From assembly GCF_009914755.1 (NCBI RefSeq), contig NC_060947.1: a DNA stretch of 64,000 bases; one strand, 5' to 3'. This DNA is from the human T2T-CHM13v2.0 reference genome, Homo sapiens. Positions 20,828 through 38,441 of this stretch are shown in pieces. The notes under the pieces were generated by a model. It did not search any database. It was not told the origin of the DNA and saw only the letters and a list, made by a program, of their open reading frames with translations. A program made the translations under genes and the position numbers. Numbering within the stretch: the stretch's first letter is position 1; every line of letters begins with the position of its first letter.

Positions 20828-21125
20828 ATCTTTTTTTTTTCTTTTTTGAGACAGGGTCTTGCTCTGTCACCCAGGCTGTGCAATGGGATGATCCATGGCT
20901 CACTGCAGCCTCAACCTCCTGGGCTGAAGCTGTCCTCCCACTTCAGCCTCCTGAGTAGCTGGGACTACAGGCGCATGCCACCACACCTGGCTAATTTTTT
21001 GTATTTTTTGTAGAGATGGGGTTTTTTCATGTTACCCAAGCTGGTCTTGAACTCCTGGGCCCAAGCAGTCCTCCCATCTCAACCTCCCAAAGTGCTGGGA
21101 TGTACAGATGTGAGCACCGCACCTT
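20828..21125 (-). mobile_element. AluJ
   Basis: Diverged Alu dimer, T-tract first. Confidence 0.85.
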
Positions 21126-21882
21126 GTCACTTTCATCTATTTATGTTGTGATCTTTCTGGGCTTGCTCTGGATGAAATCTTCATCTTCCAAATTAAAAAT
21201 CCTCTGCATAACTATATAGCCTAGAATTTTTCCTATTCTGTTATTAAGCCTCTATCACTATTCTTTGATTCTAGGTTTTATAATCCATTCTTTTTTATAA
21301 CAACCTGTTCTTGTTTTACTTTTCCCTATTTTTGTTTTATACCCATCTATTCTTTTTTAGGATCTATTCTCCACTTTTAACTTTGAGGATTCTAAAATAC
21401 TTACTTTAAAGTTATTTTTAACTTGTTCTATTTTTGTTTTTGTCAGGAGCGAATTTGCCTTTTTTATTTGGCTGTTCTACCATGCTTTTTGGAATTTTGT
21501 TTTGTAGGCTTATTTTGAGTTGGAGTTCAATCTCATTCTCAGTTCTCTGAGCTCCTCACTTTCTGCCAGTTCAGTGGCTGTCTCTACCAACTATTCCTGG
21601 CATCCATGGCCTCCAGTCAAGAGCTGATTCTTATACTTGAAATACAGTACTTCCATCTGGTGCAGGTGTCAGGGGTCTTGTAGATGGCACCCAATGGTGC
21701 TTAGCCCAGAACCAGGCTTCAGTGTTATATCTGCTTCAGTTCCTTTCCTAAGTAGGCAACCCAGAGCTTCTCCACAGGCTTCATCTTGGTTTTGCAGCTT
21801 CACAGGTAGCAAAGTGATACCTTAGCCTCTGGCATCAGGGAATGAGCTTGGTACCAGTCCCCTGCCTCATGCGGGACATTTA

Positions 21883-22898
<1,016 letters not shown>

Positions 22899-24352
22899 TC
22901 ATGTGGGACATTTAAATCCCTGTTATTAGGAACTCTCAGCTGCCTCTGTCTGCTTCTGCACCCTCTGCCTGCTTCTGCACCCTCTGCCTGACCTACCACT
23001 TTGTGATTTGGCCCCACAGAGACCTTTATCTTGCTTCTGAGTGGGACTGAGTCTTTTAAATTTTAACAGTTCATGCTAACACTCTCACATCTGTCATTGC
23101 ATATCATTTTATGTAAGGGGAAGTTGAGATTCAGAGAGCAGAAGTTAACTACTTGGGCCTCGCAGTTGGTAAGTAAGCCAGCCTGCTGTAGAAGAAAAGG
23201 GCTGGAAAAGGTTTCTGGGGAAGTGCTAGAAATTTAATAAGCATGTAGAGAGAGAAAAATCATTCATTATACATCACAAAAATTAACTGTAGATCTGCTA
23301 AGTAAAAGTTGATTAAATTTCTACACTCTGTGCCCACCAATAATTTTCTAAATGTGAACTCTTTCCTACATTAATCTCAAATGCTTATTTTTAAAGTGCC
23401 TTCCCCAGTGCAGACTTACATTCATCTTAGCCAAAATGGCCTTCACATTTGGTCTGTGGGACATATTTGATGTAGCAAAAGGCCAAGGGTAACCCTTATT
23501 CTACCCCCTAAAAGGGAACAGAAAGAGAACTTTTGCATAATAAATAATTATTTATGCATTTCAAAATTGATTTTAAGAGTACACAAACCATAGAGGCTTT
23601 GCGATTCTTCATGTATTTTATTAATTTATCAAGCACTTCAACAGAGTGCCCGATGCTCTTCTAGATGCTTTACAAATATTAACTCATTTAAGCCTCACAA
23701 CAACCACGTGCAGTGGGTTCTATTGCTATCCTAACATTGCAGATAAGTAAACAAGGCACAGAGAACCTCAGCAACTTGCTTGAGGTCAGTGACAGAAAGA
23801 AAGAGTTAAGGCTATGATTCCTACCTTGGCTATTTAGCCCCAGTGTACCAGCTCCTACTATACTACTATGCTGTGCTGTGAAACCACGTCTCACAATTAT
23901 TTTATTAACAATCAAACTGACACACTATCTTTGTCAGGGACACATTTTATTTCATGGAACTAGTTAAAAATTAGCTTTAACTCACTTCTGGTGACTTGTT
24001 TTCTTTCTTAGGTTCTTCCTCATTATATTATGCCCATGCTATTGTTATATAAAGCTCACTCTGCTGGTATCATTCTTCTGGAAGATGCCATAAATTCATC
24101 TAATCATTTCATCAGATGTTAACGGAATGTGCTCACTGTAGGCCCACAGTTTGCTGAGAACTATAGGAGCACAAAGATTGTGATGTGATCCTTATCCTGT
24201 AGTTCCTTTATCCTGCGTCACCCTCTCACAGCAGTCATGCCCAACACTATCTATTCTATAGTCTCTCATGGTTCTTACAACTGAGTCATTTTCTGTGTGT
24301 CTCATTTAAACCCATTTCTTAATGCTTTATTGACACAGGTTGTAAGCAATAA

Positions 24353-24794
<442 letters not shown>

Positions 24795-24944
24795 CACACT
24801 GTGACTTTAAGGAAGCACTCCTGAGGGGGTCAGGGGAGGAGCAGATGTGGATTGGGAGGATGCCCAAATGTGCTACTGTGCTAATGGGAAAGGACAATGG
24901 AGGACAACCAGGGGTTGGGCTCAGGGAGGCAGCTTGACAGAGGA

Positions 24945-25170
24945 TTTAAGAGCATGGGCTTGGGGTTTCAAATCCTATCTGCCTCTTACTGGCTTTGTGA
25001 CTTTGGGCAAGTTAGTCTCTCTGTGCCTCAATTTCATCATCTGTAAAATGGGGATCATGGTAGTATCCATTTTCATAGGGTTATGATGATTAAATGAGTG
25101 AAGATCTCTAAAGCACTTAGAATGATGCCTGGTGCCATAGTCAACCCTCAATAACATTTAGCTGTTATAA
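24945..25170 (+). mobile_element. MIR
   Basis: tgtgactttgggcaagttag..ctctgtgcctcaatttcatcatctgtaaaatggggat core. Confidence 0.85.
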
Positions 25171-26337
25171 TTATCATCACCACAGGCCTAGTGAAACAGA
25201 GGTGGGGTCTAGTTGGCAAACACAGAACAGACTCCAGATAGCTAGAAATTAGTTGCAACCAGCCCAGAATGAGTGCTGAAGTGGCTCGCTAAAGCACTTG
25301 CAGTCAAAGCACATTGTTACCCTCATCTGTGACCTTTCATGGGCTGTCTCTCTGCCTATGTCAGGGGTTGGCAAACTATAGCCTACAGGCCAAATCCAGA
25401 TGGTCACCTGTTTCTATAAATAATGGAAATGTGAAGGAGAATCAATTGGCAAGAGGCACGCATAGCGCATCTTCAACCTTTTCCATCGGGGAACATGAGT
25501 CTTGAGAATCCTGCCATAGATCAAAAGAATGGCAATGAGAAGAACCAGTGGACAGGTGGATAGGCCTCCCCATCAGCCTTTAACCCTCCTGCTCTTATCT
25601 CAAGGATCATATGCCCGTGTCTGTGGTTTCTGATTTTTCCTTGAGGACCTTTGACCGAGATGATCTGTCTTTCAGACTTTACTAGCAAAATTCTGAGCAG
25701 TATCTTTTATACAACTGGCAGCTTCAAAGGCTTGCAGTGGGTAGGCCTCCCCAACTCTGTTTCGCAAGATAATTAAAAGAAGCCAGACTCCTTCATCCTT
25801 GAAGGAGAGGAAGAAGAAAACAAGCCTGTCCAGAGAAAATGGGGTGAAGGAATTTTTCTCCCCAACTTCCTCCTAAATACCCTGCTCTGCCCATCAAATT
25901 TTGTAAGTATCACCCAGTGGTGTGTTGGTAAACCTTCTCCCCTGCGGGGTGGGGGAAAGCCCCAATTTGCAGCCGTTGTTGCTGTCTGTGTTGTGAATGC
26001 TCCCACCATGCTGACTGCAAGTGGAGCTGGGAAGAGATGTGTACCATCGGCTCACTAACACTAGCATGCTCTGTGGTAGACAGCTTCCCTTGCCTCTGAA
26101 TCCTTGTGTCAGGATTCTACCTGCCAGGCAACAAGAGCTTTTTTTCTTTATGTATCATGCCAGTGATTTTAGTCTAGGGCACTGTTTTAGCCCAATCCCA
26201 GAATGTGCTATTAGAAATGGGGCCATATTTTTGAAGTTGCTAGGGGCAAAACTTCCCTCTTGTTTATGTTTAACTTGTGCCACTAGGTGGCACTTTAAGG
26301 ACATTACAGGAAATCGGCTCTACTGGATTTTTAAAAC

Positions 26338-26669
26338 TTTTTTTTTTTTGAGACGGAGTCTCACTCTGTCGCCCAGGCTGGAGTGCAGTGGCATGATCTC
26401 AGCTCACTGCAACCTCCGCTTCCCGGGTTCAAGCAATTTAGCTCACTGCAACCTCCACTTCCCGGGTTCAAGTAATTTTCCTGCCTCAGCCTTCCGAGTA
26501 GCTGGGACTACAGGCATGTGCCACCACACCCAGATAATTTTTGTATTTTAGTAGAGATGGGGTTTTGCCATGTTGGCCAGGCTGGTCTCAAACTCCTGAC
26601 CTGAGTTGATCTGCCCACCTCGGCCTCCCAAAGTGCTAGGATTACAGGCGTGAGCCACTGTGCCTGGCC
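26338..26669 (-). mobile_element. AluS with an internal 39-bp tandem duplication
   Basis: Unit at 26401-26439 repeated at 26440-26478. Confidence 0.88.
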
Positions 26670-27310
26670 CAAAACACTTTTTATTGAAGTATAATTGCAT
26701 ATAGAAAAGCAAGCTGCACATTTAATGTGCAACTCAATTTTCACAAGCAGAACACATGCATATAATCAGCACCCAAATCAAGAAACAGAATATTACTAGC
26801 ACCCCAGAAGCCCTCCTTGTGCTGTTTTCCAGTCGCTATCTCTTATTCTTAGGGTTACCACTATTCTGACTTCTAACAGCATAAATTAGTTTGACTTGTG
26901 TTCTACTTTATATAAGTGGAATTATGCGGTATATACTCTGTGTCTGGCTTTTTATTAAATGATGTTTGTGTGATTTATTCATACTGTTGTGTGTAATTGA
27001 GATCATTGCTGTATAGTATTCCATTGTATGTGCAAATATAACACTGTTTTCTACTATTGATGGACATTTTTGTACTTTTCAGATTTGGGCAATTATGAAT
27101 AGTGCTGCTGTGAACACTCGTATCCAAGTTGTTGAGTGGATGAGTGTTTTCATTTCTCTTGGATATATACCTAAGAGTAGAATTTCTAGGTCATGGTGTA
27201 GGCATATGTTCAGCTTTAGTAGGTACTGCCAAACAGTTTTACGAAGTGTTTGTACTGATTTACACTCCATTAATGGTGTTCCCACTCCAGTTCCATGTCC
27301 TCATCAATGC
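26670..27310 (-). mobile_element. Old L1M 3' end
   Basis: tttattgaagtataatt..., atagtattccattgtatg, ttggatatatacctaagagtagaatt motifs. Confidence 0.8.
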
Positions 27311-29474
27311 TGAATTTATTTTATGGATGGTTCCTAACTCTTAACATAATTTTTATAGCTCCCTTTCTGGCCAGCTATTTCTAATTGAAAAATTTTAAAG
27401 CCACATTATTCTGATGGACATGGCTCATGCAGGAAGGGCTATGTCAACCCAAAAGGGGACATTTATCACAGTCTAAGTGTGAACTATCAGTAAGTCGGAA
27501 AGGATGTTACTCTAATACTCCATCACACTGATACACAGAGCAAAGAAACCAGGAAAGGAATTCAGATTGTAAGTGTGATAAAATATCGGTTCATAGGCCA
27601 GGGCTCTGAGGCATTTTGAAATTTGTATATACATTTGTTATTATTGCCAGGCCTATATATGTCAGAGATTGGGGCCCAACAGAAAGAATTTCTAAAGGCC
27701 TCATAATGAAGTGCCTTTCAATTGTGCTGCTGGTGGGTGCCTGTTTTACTAAGGGTCTCTTTGGTTTGGCAAGAGGCATGCATGGGGCATCTTTCTTCAA
27801 CCTCATCCCTGGGGAGCGTGAGTCTCTAGAGAATCCTGCTTTAGATCACCTTACCTGTGAGGCTCATGTTGTTGACTCTGCAGATGGTGTTATAATATGG
27901 CTTTAGGTATGTGATATAGAGAGTACAGTTCAGACTTGACTCAGATTTCTGTTCCATTACTAGAAATTGGACATAGAAGAACAAAACCCAGGTCATGGTC
28001 AAAATATTTGTCTTTTAGACCAAAATAAAGTGCTCATAGTCCTTTAGTTGTAACAGTAAGTCTGTCTCATGGATGTTGTCCATAATCTAATGGGTTCCAA
28101 GAATCCCCAAGGCATTCTGCCATGTGACTCTTGAATCCAGCAACTAGTTGCCCATTATAGTCACTGGTACCCACTTTCACCAAAGTTGTTCCTGAGCCCC
28201 TCTGTCAGTGTTTTCCTGAGTGTCTCCAGTGTTGGATTGGTCTACCGAGGGGGGTGCCCACCAGAGATGTTCACTGCACACTGCCTGAGATATCCATGTT
28301 AAAGCAGCCGTGAAACATGAAAGTCTGACCGGGCTTTTATTTTTAAAATTTTCTCCCCCCAATATTAGTAGCGGTAATATCCAGTGGCACAGATTTAGAC
28401 TGTGGATAGCCTGCTTTGTGGGATCTGCTTATATTCTAAATTGGAGCCAGCATTTTCTCAGCCTAGGTTTTCATCTGTTTGGCAAGGAGGAAAATGCCCT
28501 TATGTTGGATTGGCTGCTGCTTGCAGTAGGAGGAACTATGCCTGGGAAACCAATCATAATTTTAATCCTAATGATAATAGTAGCTGCTGTTGTCAAACAG
28601 TTACTGTGTAATTGTGCTTAGCACACTAGACAGATATTTTGCTTAATCTTCACAATATTGTGAGTTAGGTGAATTATCCCACTTTGCAGATGAAGAAATT
28701 GCAGCTCAGAGAGACTAAGCATGTGACCAGCTCACACAATGAGCAACTGCAAAGCCTGGGTTTGACTCCAGAGCCTATATCCTGTAACTGTTCTGTGCTC
28801 TGTGGGTGCAGTTACCAAGGAATGAATTACTGACCTCTTCTCCAGTGGAACATGAAACAGTATTGGGTTCATTGCTGGCTTATTCCACACATTGATTAGA
28901 GGACCTGTTGTTTGCTGGCATGCAGCTTAGGTATCAAGAAAATGATAGGGAAGCAAGACAGATCCTGCCCTCCAGGTGCTTACCATTCGTTTATCATGTT
29001 CTGTCTCTCACAGGTGACTTGAGTCATGGATTTTGGTAATCATTCTTGCTGAGAATTCAGTCTCTTGGACCTTCTTGAGGCTCTATTTACCCCTCTCTCT
29101 GAGCCTGGTTGGGGAATGATGGGGTGGAACAGTGGTGTGCTGGGCCATTGGTTCTACATCTTCTGTGACTGGGTTTAGCAAATGGCTTTCTGTTGTGTTC
29201 TTGCCTAGCGGAGATGGGGGACAGGTGAAAACTAGGCACCAAATGACATTTAGAATACTGACAGAATGCTGGAAAGGCCCTGGAGGCAGCAGCAGGATTG
29301 TCTTCTTGTCTGCCTAGAATTTAGCTGCTGCCTTTGTGATCCCCATTCTTGGAATCCACCTGGATCCTTGGATGATAAAGCCTGAGTTCGTTTTTCTGAC
29401 CTGCCAATATTGCAAACCTAAAAAAAAAAAAGTTACCTATTATCCACACCTTGGCAAAGTTCTACAGATGGACT

Positions 29475-29772
29475 TCTTTTTTTTTTTTTTTTTTGAGACA
29501 GAGTCTTGCTCTGTCACCCAGGCTGGAATGTGGAGTGCAGTAGCGAGATTTCAGCTCACTGCAACCTCCGCCTCCCGGGTTCAAGTGATTTTCGTGCCTC
29601 AGCCTCCTGAATAGCTGGGATTACAGGAGCGTGTCACTACGCCCAGCTAATTTTTGTATTTTTAGTAGAGACGGGGTTTCATCATGTTGGTAGGCTGGTC
29701 TCAAACTCCTGGTGTCAAGTGATCCACCTCCCAAAGTGCTGGGATTACTAGCGTGAGCCACCATGCCCGGCC
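29475..29772 (-). mobile_element. AluS
   Basis: Alu dimer with small indels. Confidence 0.85.
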
Positions 29773-31290
29773 AGACTATTTTTTAAGTGGGATTTGACTT
29801 TTTTTTTGGTTGCAAATTTGACTTTTAAACAAAATCTTACTGCTGAAGATTTTGCCCAGCTGCAAATATTTATCTATAGAACCATGTGGCATATACCCCC
29901 ATTCCCTCTATGATGAATGGATGAGAAAACAATTAAGAAGCCTAGTTAGTTTTGCAAGAGCACCTGTGGCCTTGCCCAGACTAGGGCCTTGGAGACTTGG
30001 TTTTCTCATCTCTTAAATGAAGAGTTTGGACCATCAGTGGTTCCCAGTTGATCTGGGCTGGCTACATAAAAATCACTTAGGGTGCTTGTTAAAATATAAG
30101 TTTCTAATGCCCCATCCCTAAGGGATTCTGATGAGGGAAGTCTGGAATAGCATCTACAAATCTGAATTTATAAAAAGTTCCCCAGATAATTATCCTGCTC
30201 TGGTTATATTTGGGAGCCACTGGGCTAGAGGGTCTAGAACAAACATAATTAAGTTAGGGAGAAACTTCTGATGTGCTTGAAGATTTGGGGAATACCTATA
30301 TGCCTGGAGCAGGTTCCATATGGGCGAACTAACCCAGTTATGTTGCAGAGGTAAATTGGAGCCAGAGGATGGAAGACCTTTAACTGGCTGAGGGATTGTG
30401 TTGTGTGCCATAGGCTTTGGGGAGCCAGTGAAGGGCTTTGAGAAAAAGCATTTTGATTAGATGGTGCTTTACCAGATTAATTTCTCAGTGGTGTGCAGGG
30501 TGGATCAGAGTGCACTAGAACTGAAGGCTGGAAAAAGACCCAGTGAAGTCTTTGCAGTGGCCCAGGTGATAAGTGTGACGAGTACCTGGACTCAGATGGG
30601 ACCAGTGGGACCTTTGTAAAGCTAACCTGCCTCAGTGGAACTGGAATCTGAGACATACTGTTTTAAACTCCTTAAAAAATGCATAATTTATTAATGTCAT
30701 GTTCATCTGCCTAAACTATTATAATTAACTATTTTTATTGTGTTTTTGTCCAAGAGGTTTTAAAGGAGCCCTGTAAATAAATTCATGCAAAGAAGTAGTT
30801 GGCAGCAGCAACAGCTGCTACCGCAGGGAGAAGGGACCCCCTTCTGGCCAGGCAGCAACCTCATTCTCACCCTGTCTCCATACTCTAAGCCAAAGCGAGA
30901 GGGGAGGGGAGTGCAACAGGGGCCCCTGGAGTTGGATCTGCCAACCACAGTGGAGAATGCACCTCCCCAAGGGTTAGGTGTGGAATATGGCGTTTGGCAT
31001 TAAGTCAAATAGAATATTCTTCCTTTGTTCCTCTAAAATCCAGTCTATAGTCAATGTTTCTCAAAGTATGTTCCACAGAACATTAGTTCTTCAGGATGTT
31101 AATAGAAGTTACATGAGAATAAGGAGATGAAACCAAATAAATTTGGGAACTGATGGGCTACGCAAAGGCAAGTGACTTCCTTTCAGAATTTCAGAGTGTG
31201 TAATGTTCTGTGTGCTCAGTGAATCTCCAAGGGGGAGATAGACCAGGCAGTGTTTCCTAAGCTTATCTGTAGATTCTTCTTCCCCCTAGG

Positions 31291-31508
31291 CCAGGGGCTG
31301 ACAAATTATGGCTCATAGGCCTCATCTATCCCACCACTTTTTTTTTGTAAATAAAGTTTATTGGAACACAGTTGTGCCCATTCATCGTATTGTCTGTAGC
31401 TGCTTTAGCACAACAGGAGAGTTGCAGAGTGGCTACAGAGGTAGTCTGGCCCTCAAAGCCTAAGATATTTACTATCTGCCCATTACAGAAAGGTTTGCTA
31501 ATCCCTGC
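31291..31508. mobile_element. MER58A-like hAT MITE
   Basis: caggggctgacaaa ... tttgctaatccctg termini; gtaaataaagtttattggaacacag core. Confidence 0.75.
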
Positions 31509-32349
31509 TCTAGACAATTCATGGAACTGGTGCTTCCTGGTACCCCCTTTCAGAGATGCTACTAGAAGAAGATATACATGGGTTGTTCTAGCACTGCTTT
31601 ATGATAAATCTGCCTCATTTTATTCTGTTTCCATACTGCCATCATTCCTGCCTCTTGCTTTAAACTACTTTATCTCTCAACCATTTACCCATTATCCAGG
31701 ATCCAAACCTGGGTTCCATGTGTCCTTATCTTTTCTTGCACTCACAACATTCCAAAAATGGCCAAGGGTGTCTTCAATTTCCAGTCTGGGTAGCTCTTAA
31801 GTCAGCCCGAACCCATTCCTACCAACCTGGCCTACATGACCGTCATCTTTTCTTTTTCAGCATTCGAATTAGGTTCCTTTTCCCCAGATATGAGTTACCT
31901 CTAGTCCTTTTTACTCACTGAATCTAGAATAACCTTTGTAAAATACAAATCTAGTCAGATTGATTCCTTACTTAAAATCCTTCAGTGGTCCCTGTGGCCC
32001 TCAGGATAAGCTCAGATCCTCAGGATGGATGTGTGTCAGTCTGGTTGGGCAAACAGAAACTACTCCTGGTATTTCGTACTGGAAGAGATTTAATTTAAGG
32101 AATTAGTTACTTAAGAAAAGGAGTAGATATTTCCAGGCTTCTGCCTGCTGTGGCATAGAGAAGGGCATGGAAATGGGGGATGGTGTTGAGTGTTTAGCAA
32201 ATGACCCAGAACAAACCAGGTCTGGGAAACCATGTGTTATCCCCTGCTGCCCTTCTCCAGCTTCAGCTCTCCCATTTTTCTCCTGACTCCTCACCCTTCC
32301 TCCACCCTGCAAGTCCCCAAATTCTAGATATATCAGGATGCCTTTTTGT

Positions 32350-33180
32350 CCCCCCAGAAACTTAAAACAACTGACATTTACGAACTCACAGTCTCTTTGG
32401 GTCAGGAACTTGGGAGTGACTTAGCTGGGTGGTTCGGGGTTACATCCTCTCATGAGGCTTCTGTCAAGATGTCTTCCAGGGCTGCAGTCATCTGAAGGCT
32501 TAACTGGAGCTGATGATCCACCTCTAAGATGGCTCACTCACAGGGCTGTTGGCAGGAGGCCTCACTTCTTTGCTGTATGGACCCCTTGTTAGGACTGCTT
32601 GGGTGTCCTCACAATGTGGCAGCTGACTGTCTCCAGAACAAGTGATATGAGAGTGAGAGATAGAGATAGAAACAGAGACAACAAGGAGGAGCATACTAGA
32701 GTGCTTTCAGTCCCCTCTCCTGGGAGTACGTTGCATAGTGTCTCAGGTCAGCTTCCCTAGAAGCAGAACCTGAGATGAGGATTCTTGAAAAGTGATTTGT
32801 TGAAGGAGTGCTCTTTAGGAAAAAACCTAGAAGGAGGAGAGGGAAGAAAAGTAGGGAAGGGGAAGGAGCCAAGCAATGATATAGTCTCAGATAAAATCTG
32901 ACCTTGGCCTGATCCACACAGGCAGGATTCTGGTACATAATTGCATAATAGAGTTAACCCTGTTTGAGACAGGGGACTGGCCTTTTATATCCTTCTCTAA
33001 GTCAGTCATTATAGGCTGCTGGAGGTGGGGGTGGGAGGTAGGCTCCCATTAGTTGAGAATAAGTCTCTAGAGAAGAGGGTGGCTGTGAGTCCTCAGTAGC
33101 TAACACTCAGAGCAGCTGGGGGATGGTGTGCCAGCCAGGGAAAGGTGACCCAGGTGGGGCCAACACAGCACCTACTACAG
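32350..33180. mobile_element. MaLR (MLT1-family) LTR remnants
   Basis: cttaaaacaac..gggtcaggaa..gctgcagtcatctgaaggct motifs, plus a second MLT1-like block from 32740. Confidence 0.65.
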
Positions 33181-36100
33181 TGGGCCTCCCCGTACCCATG
33201 TCCCAAGCACCTACCATGGTCCCTGACATACCAGAGGTACGAAAAAAATATCTGTGTAATTGAATAAATGAATGCATAGAAATGCTTAGCCTCTCTGGAC
33301 CTGTGTCCATTTCTGGGAAGTCAGCTCAGCAGGGATCATATTGTCCCATCAACCATGGGAATGGTCGAAGACCCAGGACAGTTTGCCACATCATGAGTGG
33401 CAGCACTGTCTAAGTCCAGGATTTTCATTGCAAAATTAGAGTGAAAGTATATTTGCCATTTGTGAATAAGGAAGTATTAATATTACAATATTATATATTT
33501 TTAAAAGGAACTTTAGCTCACATTTCAGTGAGCTCTTTGCTAAAAGTACATTTTCCTGGTTTGTCACATCCTGACTGGGTACATGTTGTTACACATGGAA
33601 CCGTGAGGGCAGAACTGCCATTTGTTATATTAATTGTAATCCATATATCTGTTTTTTTCCCACAAGAATCAGTCACTGGATTTCAGTTCAGAAAACCAAA
33701 ACTGTCGGACAAAGCCATATTATCGTGTTGGCAGAGTTGTTCCCCATGACCCCAAATACACAGAGGAGGAAGAGAACCACTGAGGCCCCTTGTTTTCTTG
33801 GATTATCATTCTTCCAAAGTTGGTAACTAAGAAAAGTCTCAAGAAATAGCAAAGAAACCTCCCCACCTTATTCTGCTTTCCACATCCCAAGCCTAACATA
33901 AGCCTCAAACTATTTTTATGAAGGAAAGCTTATTGTGAAGAGGGTCTTTTACATGCCTAAATCTCATCTTTAGTTTTTCTTATCACACAGCCGGTTATCT
34001 TTGCCCATCTCTTTTCCTGGGATAATGTCTGGCTCTGTCAAGGCTGTGCCTTATTCTGGGACCTTCCTAATGCCTGTGTTCCAGGTCCCTCCTGAGATTC
34101 GCTCCTCCGAATGCTTGATAGATGGATCAATTTAGGGGATTGATGGTCAGATTTAGCCTGACATAACACCATGCAGTGGTCTGTTACCAGACATAGAGCT
34201 GGAAAACCCAGGCCCTTGCATACAAGTTCAGGAAGGTAAATTTGCAAATGAAAAACATTTTAAGACACATCTCACAGCTGCTTCCTCATCCCCCACCCTA
34301 TTGTTTGTGTTTTTAGAGATGTTTAAGAGAAAAGGAGGCAATAACAAAGACGCTCTGCTGTGCTTTGGAATCCTCATTTATGTTGAAAAAGGGTCCATTT
34401 ATCATCTCCTTGGATATTTCCACAAGGAGACTTTGCTCATCTCACCAGGGAATGGAGTGGTAGAGCAAACACTTCTCTGTCCACCTGATGATGGAGGAGA
34501 ACCAACTAACTGAAAGGCAGAGAGCCTGAAATTATTATCCTCTCTCTGCCTGCCTGCTGCAAGATATTGCTGCATACCTGTGGTCCCTGCAGGAGGCTGC
34601 ATGCGTAGACTTGGGCCAGAACATATATTACCTTCCAAGCAATAGATTTCTAGGTAAAAGGCAAGAAGGGGCCTCAGGTTCAAGTTGCATTCTTCAGTGG
34701 GGTTCACAGGAGGCCCTGCATTCAGGGGGTTACTGGGCCCTCCTTCAGCTGTTAATAAAACTGACTTTTGGCTCATAGAGCTTGGAGTATGCGTCCATTT
34801 GTATGAACCTCCAGGGAAAGCAGGGTGAGGGCTTGTGTTCCCTAGACTCCTGGCAGTGAATGGCTCCTGGACAGCTTTGCTTGGTTGTTTCCCAGGTACT
34901 TCAAACTCAATCTGCCTAAAGATGAGTTCCCCCTCACTCCTGCTTCTCCTGTGTTTCCCATCTTGGGGATTGACCTTAGTGTTCTTGTGGTAGCCCTGGC
35001 TGAAATTATGGATGTTGGAGCATGGGAGGCCCTTTGTGAACTTACTTTTGGGTCTTTCTCACCATTCCCACACATTGCTCTTTTAGCCCAGGCCTCAGCT
35101 GAGACATCACCTGCTCCTGAGTCTTTGCCGACCCATGAGACTGGGTGCTTCTGTATTCCCCATACTTGCCCTCCACAGTCCACTGAAGCAAGTTGGCTTT
35201 GTCACTTCCCTGTTGCTCCCACTAGACTTCAAGCTTCTCTTAAGCAGGATCTGTATCTTGTTCATCCTTGAGTGCCAGTGCTAGCACAGGGCCTGCCTGT
35301 AGTAGCTGCTTAATAAATATGTCTTGAATGAGTAACACTCAGGCCTGAGAATACTGAGACTGTATGGCATAGTGGTTATAAGCTTAGCTTTGGAAATCAA
35401 GGCCTGTGTTCAGACTCTGCTATTTGTGTGATTTTGGGTGAGTTCCTTAACTTCTTGATCTTCAATTTCTTCACCAATAAGATGGGGATAATAACTACTT
35501 CCTAGGGCTGTGATGATGAATTGCAATGATCCATGCAAAGCCCTTTGATCAATGTATGACACATAGTAAGTGTTGTGTGCATCATAGTACCTATTAGTAA
35601 CAACAACAACAATATAGTTATCGTTAATGGAAGGGAGAAAGCTATAAGAACTAGTTGGAACTAGAAGTCAGGAATATTGAGTGCTTGCATAGTGGATTTA
35701 GAGGAGATGGGGAATTGCTTGGGATAAAATGTAGGAACAGATGGGATTACCCTGGGAGAGAATGAACAGGGAGGGAAAAATGGGTGGAGCAACTAAAGAC
35801 AGAACCTTGAGAAATCCTACATTTGAGGGATAAGAGGAGTCAAAACAGGAAAAAGAGTGAATGACTACAGTTAGGAGATTGCAGCTTCTCAGATGCCAGG
35901 GGCAGGAGTTTAAAAAAGATAGTCAAAGGTGCTATACTGGGCAGAAGATCAATGAGGAGAAGACGAGAAGAGGTAGCCATAACGTGTTAAATGGGGGTAT
36001 GTTAGCGCCCTTGGGAACTAGCCATTTCAGTGGAGTCAGAGGAAGAAGCCATGCTCTGAAGGAGGTTAGAGAAGGCCACGTTAGGGATGAAGTGGGCATA

Positions 36101-36521
36101 CTAAGTCAGTTTGTTGTGCTACAATGTGTGTTTCTGTAATGAGGATTATCTGTGGGTCAGTAGATGACTGGTGTCAGTATGATGTAGAAGTCACATTGGT
36201 TCATATGTAGGGTTCATTCTCAGCACATGAATGTTTTGGCATCACTGGCTACTAGTGGCTGAAAGCAGACTAACACACCTGAAGGCAGAAGACTGGGGGA
36301 AATGGGGGACATAGAGAGCTGCTCATGAGGCGCAGTCACCCTGTGTTCTTCCACTTGACTGATTGGCACCCACTCTGTCTTGAAGTGCTTTGGGGACATT
36401 CCTTGCCAATCTTGGTGAGTTTAGTCACTGATTCCATTCCACTCAGCACCCTTGACCCTTCTGATAACTCCTTCGACCACAGTCTCCCTTCCTTTTTTAA
36501 GAAGGGCCATATTTACTAGAG

Positions 36522-38016
<1,495 letters not shown>

Positions 38017-38441
38017 ATAGAGTATTTCTTTATTAGAAATTTAACATTTAAAAAATTCAGTGTTTTTAATGATGTTGATTGTTTTTGTTGGTGCTCAAGT
38101 TAAAATCTTTGTTTTCAACCCTGTTTTTCCGATAAGCCTTGTTACTTTTAGAGTTTGTTGTTGCGAAGCATTAGTTTTTTAGCAATACATATGTTCAATT
38201 ACAGAAGAAATTCCCATGATTCCTTTTCCTAAGGTTGAACAATCTGGGAAGGAGGGATGGGAAGGTTAATAGCAGCATCTATGGGAGGTTTTTCCCAAGG
38301 ATCAGCAGACTTAAGCATTCTTGGCTGCAACTTGGCCTAAATCAGTTTTCCCTTGGTGACTATCTTCCTAAGTGCTCTTTATTGTATATTTAGGTGATTG
38401 TGGTTTTGCATTTCTGTCCTCTCTCTGATCTCTTGCTACAG

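Noticed and set aside
25561-25753. TAGGCCTCCCCA occurring twice
   Set aside because: Short isolated match, compatible with chance; no array structure
29014-29035. Possible 22-nt micro-exon (ctctcacag|...ttttg|gtaatc)
   Set aside because: Weak donor, frame-shifting, and the flanking REPS2 exons already join in frame
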